Origin: Ruminococcaceae bacterium UBA6845
Lineage (GTDB): Bacteria; Bacillota; Clostridia; Oscillospirales; Acutalibacteraceae
DNA: 64,000 nt
Reading direction: 5' to 3'
Assembly (NCBI GenBank): GCA_002449395.1
Contig: DKDP01000033.1
Location: 106,113 to 170,112, forward strand
In this document: one piece after another, positions 57,973-64,000 of the stretch
How positions within the stretch are numbered: position 1 is the first letter of the stretch
How the letters are laid out: every line of letters begins with the position of its first letter
Notes under the pieces: model-generated
What the model was told of the DNA's origin: nothing
Seen by the model: the letters and a program-made list of their open reading frames with translations, nothing else
The model's database searches: none
Made by a program: the position numbers and the translations under genes

Positions 57973-60426
57973 ATGAAAAAACGTTTGCTTTCAGTCCTTA
58001 TGATCGTCGTTTTGCTGACGGTCAGCTTTTCTCTGCCCTCTTTTGCGGCTACGGCGATGAAACTGACGGGTGCTACGTACCCGACGGTGCTCAAAAAGGG
58101 CGATCCTTTTGTCGCAAGAGGAGTTATCACCTCGGACTGCGATATTCTCGAGGTCGTTATCGGAGTTTACAATTCGAGCGGCAAGGCGGAATTTGAATAT
58201 ACGGGACTACCCGGCGAGAAAAGCTATGATATAAATAATGTCGACTATCTTCTGTCGTTTTCAAAGCTGCCGACGGGAACATTTACATATAAAATCGTTG
58301 CGACGGACGAAAAGAGCTCAAAGGTTGTTCTGCTGAACAGGAGCTTTACCGTCAACACCACCGGTAAGGTGAGCACAATAAAGCTCACCGACGGAACCTC
58401 CCCTGCCGATTTCACTCAGGGTGAGGGTTACAGCGTTAAGGGCGTCATTTCATCAAATTATAACCTGACCGAGGTAATTATCGGTGCTTACAACACGAAC
58501 GGAACGGTCGGATTTGAATTTTCCGACACACCGTACACGAAGAGCTTTGACATCCGTGACGTTGATTACAGTCTTCCGTTCTCCAAGCTGAAAGCGGGAA
58601 CCTATACATATAAGATTACGGCAAGCGACACCGAGGTCTCGGATGTTGTGCTGATGCAGAAAACATTTACCGTCAGATCCTCGGGAACGGTCGCAAGCAC
58701 ACTGAAGCTCACCGACGGAACCTACCCCGCCGATTTTACTCAGGGTGAGGGTTACAGCGTTAAGGGTGTTATCTCGTCGAACTACAATATAACAAAGGTC
58801 GTCATCGGCGCATACAATACAAACGGAACAGTCGGATTTGAATTTTCCGATACACCGTACACAAAGAGCTTTGATATCCGTGACGTTGATTACAGTCTCC
58901 CGTTCTCCAAACTGAAAGCGGGAACCTATACATACAAGGTTGTAGCGAGCGACACAAATTCGTCGAATGTCGTGCTGATGCAAAAGACGTTTAATGTTAC
59001 AACGTCGGGATCTTCGGCAAGCAGCCTCAAGCTGAACAACGCAACTTATCCCTCAAACGTAAATTACGGCGAAGGATATTCTGTCAAGGGCACCGTGACG
59101 TCTGACTACAATATCACAAAGGTTGTCATCGGCGCATACACATCAAGCGGCGCCAAGGGCTTTGAATATGTCGGATATCCGAACTCAAAGAGCTTTGATA
59201 TCAGCGACGTTGACTATTATCTCACCTTTTCAAAGCTCAGTGTCGGAACGTATACATATAAGATAATGGCAAGCGATTCACGTCAGTCAAATGTTGTGCT
59301 GATGGAAAAAATGTTCCGTGTTATTTCGGGCGGAAGCTCGACGGGTGACCTGAACGAGGTCAACTGGGATGTTATTGACATATCGTATTGGAACAGAAAT
59401 GCCATCGACTCGTGGTCGGATATGGCAAGCGAGCTTGACGCAATTATTCTCAGGCTCGGATTTGCTTACACGGCAAGCAAAAAGATGGAAGAGGACGACA
59501 GCTTTGCGGACTATTACGCCGCCGCAAAGAGGAACAACATTCCGGTCGGAATCTACTATTTCGGTGCGGCAACTACGGTAAGCGAGGCAGACAGGGAAGC
59601 TGATTTTGTCCTCGACCTTTTGGATAAATACGATTGCAAGCTGGAGATGCCCGTCTATTACGATCTGGAAACAGAGGATCAGGTTGATCTGACGCAGGAG
59701 GAATGTACTGCGGTTGCACGTACTTTCTGCGACAAGGTCAGTGCGGCGGGATATTATGTCGGAATTTACTGCAACAAATATTTTGCAAGGGATGAGCTTT
59801 ACGCCTCACAGCTCAGTGATTTCGATTTCTGGATTGCCGAATATAATTCAAGCTGCACGTACAACGGCGAATACGGAATGTGGCAGTACACCGAATCGGG
59901 AAGAATTTCGGGGCTCAACGGAGTGTGCGACAAGAACTACTGCTACTACGATTACCCGACTTATATCAAGGCAAACGGTTTAAACGGTTTTTCAAAGCCT
60001 CAGCCGGTTGTTAATCCGCAGTTCAGCTTTAAGACGGGAGCGAACCTCACCGTTAATCAGAATAGCAAGACGGTCGTTTTGAAAAAATCTCCGGGACTTA
60101 CGCAAAGTCAGTTTATTTCAAAATACGTTTCATACAAGGACGTAAACGTCAGTATGTCGGCTCTTGTCGGCGGAAAGGTTGCGACAGGATCCAAAATCTC
60201 AGCCTCGGGCAACGGAAAGAGCTTCGGACCGTATACAATTTGTTTGCTCGGCGACACAAGCTCGGATTCAAAGATCAATTCAAACGATGCGCTTTTGATT
60301 CTCCAACATTCGGTCGGTTCAAAAACACTCTCGGGATATCCGTTGATAAGCGCAGACTGGAACGGCGACGGCAAGGTCAATTCGCTTGACGCCCTTGAGG
60401 TCTTGAAATTCTCGGTATCACAATAA
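57973..60426 (+). CDS. secreted GH25 muramidase with four N-terminal Ig-like modules and a C-terminal dockerin
   Basis: Signal peptide; 4 x ~108-aa repeats; GH25 motifs (VIDISYWN, GIYYFG, FWIAEYN, MWQYTESGRISGL...DKNY); dockerin repeats GDTSSDSKINSNDAL / DWNGDGKVNSLDAL. Confidence 0.85.
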   Translation: MKKRLLSVLMIVVLLTVSFSLPSFAATAMKLTGATYPTVLKKGDPFVARGVITSDCDILEVVIGVYNSSGKAEFEYTGLPGEKSYDINNVDYLLSFSKLPTGTFTYKIVATDEKSSKVVLLNRSFTVNTTGKVSTIKLTDGTSPADFTQGEGYSVKGVISSNYNLTEVIIGAYNTNGTVGFEFSDTPYTKSFDIRDVDYSLPFSKLKAGTYTYKITASDTEVSDVVLMQKTFTVRSSGTVASTLKLTDGTYPADFTQGEGYSVKGVISSNYNITKVVIGAYNTNGTVGFEFSDTPYTKSFDIRDVDYSLPFSKLKAGTYTYKVVASDTNSSNVVLMQKTFNVTTSGSSASSLKLNNATYPSNVNYGEGYSVKGTVTSDYNITKVVIGAYTSSGAKGFEYVGYPNSKSFDISDVDYYLTFSKLSVGTYTYKIMASDSRQSNVVLMEKMFRVISGGSSTGDLNEVNWDVIDISYWNRNAIDSWSDMASELDAIILRLGFAYTASKKMEEDDSFADYYAAAKRNNIPVGIYYFGAATTVSEADREADFVLDLLDKYDCKLEMPVYYDLETEDQVDLTQEECTAVARTFCDKVSAAGYYVGIYCNKYFARDELYASQLSDFDFWIAEYNSSCTYNGEYGMWQYTESGRISGLNGVCDKNYCYYDYPTYIKANGLNGFSKPQPVVNPQFSFKTGANLTVNQNSKTVVLKKSPGLTQSQFISKYVSYKDVNVSMSALVGGKVATGSKISASGNGKSFGPYTICLLGDTSSDSKINSNDALLILQHSVGSKTLSGYPLISADWNGDGKVNSLDALEVLKFSVSQ
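58060..59328 (+). repeat. four tandem 321-324-bp coding repeats (modules of the GH25 protein)
   Basis: Unit starts lie at 58060, 58381, 58705 and 59029 (K-L-T/N motif). Units 2 and 3 are about 88% identical in protein, with many synonymous DNA differences. Confidence 0.9.
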
Positions 60427-60444
60427 AATGAGGACGGTATTATT

Positions 60445-61146
60445 ATGAAGATAGGAATTGTCACTGACGCACATTACTGCGACCTTGAGTTGCTCGGCGG
60501 CGACAGAAAGCCACGTTACGCTTTTTCGGCAGTCAAGGCGGCTTTTGAGGAATTTAAGAAACAGGGAGTGCAGGTTGTTGCCAGTCTCGGCGATATGGCG
60601 CATTATAACGACGGCAAGGATGAGAGTTTAAAGCACCTTAAGGAGATTTCCGAGATGATGAACTCCTACGGGATCCCGATCTATCACTGTATGGGGAATC
60701 ACGACAGCGAGATTGTCAGCGGCAAGGAATACGCCGAGATTTCGGGATTCAACGTTGCGCCCGCCGTTTTTGAGGACGACGAGGTCAGACTGATTTTCGT
60801 TGACGCTTCATATTGGCCGAACGGAAAACCCTACGAGGCACCGAATGTCGACTGGACGCAGAGCCTTGTGCCGGAGCACGAGCTTGATTGGCTGAAAAAA
60901 CAGCTCGACACCGAAAAAAGGACGGTTGTTTTCACCCATCAGAACATTGATACAAACATCAACGAGGATCACATAATCTCAAATGCGGATGAGATTAACG
61001 GCATCCTTGCGGACTACGGTGTTTCGCACGTTTTCCAGGGTCACTACCATTATGGTGCGGAGAACATTATAAACGGAATCCCATACACCACGCTGAGGGC
61101 AATGTGCTTGGACGATTCAGAAAATTATTTGATTGCAGAGGTTTAA
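60445..61146 (+). CDS. cytoplasmic calcineurin-like metallophosphoesterase
   Basis: Motifs TDAHY, GDMAHYNDG, GNHD and GHYH. No signal peptide. Confidence 0.8.
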   Translation: MKIGIVTDAHYCDLELLGGDRKPRYAFSAVKAAFEEFKKQGVQVVASLGDMAHYNDGKDESLKHLKEISEMMNSYGIPIYHCMGNHDSEIVSGKEYAEISGFNVAPAVFEDDEVRLIFVDASYWPNGKPYEAPNVDWTQSLVPEHELDWLKKQLDTEKRTVVFTHQNIDTNINEDHIISNADEINGILADYGVSHVFQGHYHYGAENIINGIPYTTLRAMCLDDSENYLIAEV

Positions 61147-61147
61147 T

Positions 61148-61810
61148 ATGTCGGTTGAGGAGCTTGTTGGATTAATATTTGAAATGGTCGGAACTGTTGC
61201 TTTTGCGATATCGGGAGCAATGGTCGCCATCAAAAAAAGGGTAGATGTTTTCGGAGTCGTTGTGCTCAGTGCAATGACAGCGCTCGGCGGCGGAATCGTG
61301 CGTGACATTCTTATCGGTCACCTGCCGCCCACGATGTTTTCCGATTATCGATACGTTATGGTTGCGGTTATCACATCGGTTATCGTATTTATAGTTGCAT
61401 ATATTTTCCGTGAATCGTATCAGAAGAGTGAAAAAACGGTCGATGCGGTCAACAATATTTTTGACGCTCTCGGTCTCGGCGTTTTCACGGTTATGGGTGC
61501 AAAGGTTGCGATTGAATCAGGCTTCACGGTCAACGGAATTTTGGTCGTTTGCCTCGCCGTTGTTACGGGGGTCGGCGGCGGTCTTATCCGTGACGTTATG
61601 CTGATGGAAATTCCGTTTGTGCTCAAAAAGAGAATATACGCCGTCGCTTCGATTCTCGGCGGAACGGCATATCATTTGATGTATATTCACGGCGTAAATG
61701 TCAGAATTTCTTCCGTTATCGCCGTTATCGTAGTGTTCGTCGTGAGAATCCTCGCAACGATTTTCAAGTTGGATCTCCCAAAGGTCAAGTTTCCAAAGGA
61801 GCAGAAATAA
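61148..61810 (+). CDS. TRIC-type cation channel family protein (UPF0126/YadS-like)
   Basis: Two UPF0126 repeats (GTVAFAISGAMVA...LGGGIVRDIL; GVFTVMGAKVA...GVGGGLIRDV). ATG 61148 lies 1 nt after the upstream stop. Confidence 0.8.
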   Translation: MSVEELVGLIFEMVGTVAFAISGAMVAIKKRVDVFGVVVLSAMTALGGGIVRDILIGHLPPTMFSDYRYVMVAVITSVIVFIVAYIFRESYQKSEKTVDAVNNIFDALGLGVFTVMGAKVAIESGFTVNGILVVCLAVVTGVGGGLIRDVMLMEIPFVLKKRIYAVASILGGTAYHLMYIHGVNVRISSVIAVIVVFVVRILATIFKLDLPKVKFPKEQK

Positions 61811-61814
61811 AGTT

Positions 61815-61849
61815 ACAGGGCTGTCGCATTTGTGTGCAAACAGCCCTGT
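61815..61849. terminator. bidirectional intrinsic terminator between convergent genes
   Basis: A 10-bp perfect stem (acagggctgt / acagccctgt) with flanking T/A runs, lying between the TRIC stop (61810) and the rsmF stop (61853). Confidence 0.7.
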
Positions 61850-61852
61850 CTT

Positions 61853-63199
61853 TTATAATGTTCGTAATCCCTTGGGATAATGATTTTTTGCGGTTCCTGC
61901 GACCGCTTTTGCACCGCCGATCGGACAGCCGTCAATCATCACCGCACACCATCCTTTGTCAAATTCACACGGTACCGTCTCGCCGTGGATGTATTTTTTT
62001 GCCGTATCAAGATCAAGCTCGATTCTTTGCCTGAATAAAGTTCCCATTGCGGAGAAAAACTGATGATGCGGTTTGATATAATTTTTTTGCAGACTTCCTA
62101 TCGTCACACCGCAGGAAAATGCACCGTTCGGAACAGGAAAATCCGAATCAAAATAGACAAAATTATCCTTGTATTTTTTTACCGCTTTTTTGTTGTAATC
62201 GGTAAGCGTTTCATCAAGAAAATCAAAAATAATTTTCTGCTCATTTTTCGGAATTTCACAAAGTGCCGACTGCGGCAGTTCTTCAAAACCGATTCCGTCA
62301 TTCTTTTTCATCAGCGCAAGAAACTGTCCCTCGCCCTTTGCAATGTGCGGATAAAATCTTCTGCATCGTGAAATATTTTCCGTTTTGCAGCCATCAAAAT
62401 TTATTCCGTCCGAGGTTGCATTCACAACCTTTTCGTCAACGTTTATCAACTCAAAATTTTCATTTTCCGTGAGAAACCAATCAACATTTTTTTCGTTTTC
62501 TTCAAGAGAAAATGTGCAGGTCGAATAGAGAAGATATCCGCCGGGCTTTACGGTGCTTTTTATTTCATCGAGGATTTCACGCTGTCTTTCTGCACAATGC
62601 AGAACGTTTTCAACGCTCCATTCTTTCTGAGCATTTTCATCCTTGCGAAACATTCCCTCGCCCGAACACGGTGCGTCGACAATCACAAGATCAAACGCTT
62701 CGCCATAGAGTGAGGCGATTTTTTTTGCGTCGGCACAGGTTGTAATCACATTCCGGAAACCCATTCGCTCAATGTTGCCCGTCAGCGTCTTACAGCGTGA
62801 CGGAACAATTTCATTTGAGACAAGGATTCCGTCTTTATTTTTCGCCGCCGCCTGAGTTGACTTTCCTCCGGGGGAAGCGCAGAGGTCAAGAATGTTCCAG
62901 TCGCTTTGTATCTCGATTCCCGCAACGGGAGCCATCGCCGACGGTTCCTGAATGTAAATTATTCCTGCGTGATGATACGGATGATTTCCGATCCCGTCGC
63001 AGGAAAAATAAAAACCGTTTTCTGCATACGGAATTTTTTTACCGCCGAAAGGATTAATTTCTTCAAAATTTTCTTCGCTTATTTTATTTGTATTTACTCG
63101 AAAAGAACGCACGTGATTTTCAGAAGATGACGCTTCAAATTTTTCATATTCCTCACCGAGCAAAACTTTCATTCTGTTTTTAAAATCAATCGGTAACAT
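61853..63199 (-). CDS. rsmF: RsmB/RsmF-family 16S rRNA m5C methyltransferase
   Basis: YIQEPSAM, DLCASPGGKSTQ and DAPCSGEGMFRKD (NOL1/NOP2/Sun motifs), with a C-terminal PUA-like extension. Confidence 0.82.
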   Translation of the reverse strand: MLPIDFKNRMKVLLGEEYEKFEASSSENHVRSFRVNTNKISEENFEEINPFGGKKIPYAENGFYFSCDGIGNHPYHHAGIIYIQEPSAMAPVAGIEIQSDWNILDLCASPGGKSTQAAAKNKDGILVSNEIVPSRCKTLTGNIERMGFRNVITTCADAKKIASLYGEAFDLVIVDAPCSGEGMFRKDENAQKEWSVENVLHCAERQREILDEIKSTVKPGGYLLYSTCTFSLEENEKNVDWFLTENENFELINVDEKVVNATSDGINFDGCKTENISRCRRFYPHIAKGEGQFLALMKKNDGIGFEELPQSALCEIPKNEQKIIFDFLDETLTDYNKKAVKKYKDNFVYFDSDFPVPNGAFSCGVTIGSLQKNYIKPHHQFFSAMGTLFRQRIELDLDTAKKYIHGETVPCEFDKGWCAVMIDGCPIGGAKAVAGTAKNHYPKGLRTL

Positions 63200-63210
63200 A
63201 AAAATTTTCC

Positions 63211-63954
63211 TTATAAATTCGCTTCAATGTTGAACATACAAATTGAGAGAGCGGCAATTGCGGCTGTCTCGGTTCTGAGGATCCTTTTGCCGAGCGACAC
63301 GATTTCGCCGCCGTGTTCTTTCACTTTTTCAATTTCTTTTTCCTCGTATCCGCCCTCGGGTCCGATAAAGATTCCCGCACTCATTCCGTCTTTCAGCTCG
63401 TCAATTTTGTTGCGCAGAATCTTCACGCTGTCGGCGCACTCATACGGGACAAGGAGCATATCGAGGCTTTCGGAATATTTCAGTGCCTCGCCGAATGTCA
63501 TAACGTTTTTCACCTCGGGGATCACCGTCCTGCCCGACTGCTTTGCCGCACTTTCGGCAATTGACTGCCATCTTGCTATCTTATTTTTTTTCTTCTTTTC
63601 ATCGAGCCTGACGACGCATCTTGCCATTTCAACGGGAACGATTTCCGCCGCACCGAGCTCAACGGCTTTCTGAATTATCAGCTCCATTTTATCCGCTTTC
63701 GGAAGTCCCTGAAAAAGGACGAGCCGAACGGGCAGTTCCGTATTCTCGAGCTGTCCCTTTTCGATGTCGGCAATAACGCAGTCGCCCGAAAATTCACGGA
63801 TCGAACAGCAGTAGCTTGCGCCGTTTCCGTCATTGGCAACGAATTTTTCGCCGGGCTTCATTCGCAGAACATTTTTTATATGATTGACGTCGCCGCCTGT
63901 GACAACAACCTGCTTTTCCGAAATATTTTCGGCAGGTACAAAAAAGTGGTACAT
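63211..63954 (-). CDS. rsmE: 16S rRNA (uracil1498-N3)-methyltransferase RsmE
   Basis: MYHFFV...HI.NVLRMKPGE N-terminus and a SPOUT C-terminus (GPEGG..E.E, LG.RILR.ETA). Confidence 0.9.
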   Translation of the reverse strand: MYHFFVPAENISEKQVVVTGGDVNHIKNVLRMKPGEKFVANDGNGASYCCSIREFSGDCVIADIEKGQLENTELPVRLVLFQGLPKADKMELIIQKAVELGAAEIVPVEMARCVVRLDEKKKKNKIARWQSIAESAAKQSGRTVIPEVKNVMTFGEALKYSESLDMLLVPYECADSVKILRNKIDELKDGMSAGIFIGPEGGYEEKEIEKVKEHGGEIVSLGKRILRTETAAIAALSICMFNIEANL

Positions 63955-63969
63955 AATTTTTCTCCCAAA

Positions 63970-64000
63970 TTACTCAAAATAAACTTTCCAAAACTCGGAG
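63970..64000 (-). CDS. 3' end (last ~10 codons) of an unidentified CDS; prmA would be expected here by synteny
   Basis: The reverse frame reads ...SEFWKVYFE-stop (stop at 63970-63972). Too short to identify. The prmA-rsmE linkage is common in Firmicutes. Confidence 0.3.
   Translation of the reverse strand, partial: SEFWKVYFE

Noticed and set aside
58381-59028. Regularly spaced ~324-bp repeats as a possible CRISPR-like or satellite array
   Set aside because: The period is far too long, the repeats are in frame within one long ORF, and they encode protein modules. This is not a CRISPR array.

Overview
This is a 64-kb chromosomal window from a Firmicute of the class Clostridia. Two secreted enzymes carry dockerin modules, which suggests a Ruminococcus/Oscillospiraceae-like organism, but that is inference only. 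The content is almost entirely housekeeping. In order: a partial secreted PHP-like gene; tig-clpP-clpX (-); the glycogen operon glgBCDA (+), followed by a histidine-phosphatase-like gene and a tight three-gene operon of unknown role (11.1-16.0 kb); azlCD; an aryl-pyruvate module (acyl-CoA ligase, iorAB, paaK, ACT protein, aminotransferase); a TVP38 membrane protein; SRP RNA; dnaX-[GT2]-ybaB-recR; a DnaA-box/DUE region; dnaN-yaaA-recF-remB-[patatin]. A long minus-strand array follows: fba, serS, parB, parA, noc, rsmG, mnmG, mnmE, a minD-like gene, pbp2, mreD, mreC, mreB and a lipoprotein. After it come tRNA-Arg, an M6 metalloprotease, a PHP-dockerin protein, tRNA-Leu, an NSS transporter, two-subunit aconitase X, a GH25-dockerin lysozyme with four tandem modules, a metallophosphoesterase, a TRIC channel and rsmF-rsmE. 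I found no CRISPR array, transposase, integrase, phage gene or recognisable defence system. The most unusual points are these. (1) A complete oriC-type unwinding module lies directly upstream of dnaN but has recR, not dnaA, on its left. Origin-flank synteny is also rearranged: no dnaA, gyrBA or rpmH-rnpA-yidC-jag occur in the window. (2) An AT-rich block (about 26.7-33.2 kb) carries a GT2 gene inside dnaX-ybaB-recR and a patatin gene in the gyrB slot. (3) A family of GC-rich hairpin repeats occupies three intergenic sites, and a 164-bp MITE-like element sits in a 3'UTR. (4) An uncharacterised operon and a histidine-phosphatase homologue lacking the nucleophile His follow the glg genes. (5) An orphan MinD-like ATPase and a Noc orthologue both appear to lack membrane-targeting helices. 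All coordinates were anchored to the supplied ORF track. Function calls come from motif recognition by eye, not from database searches.
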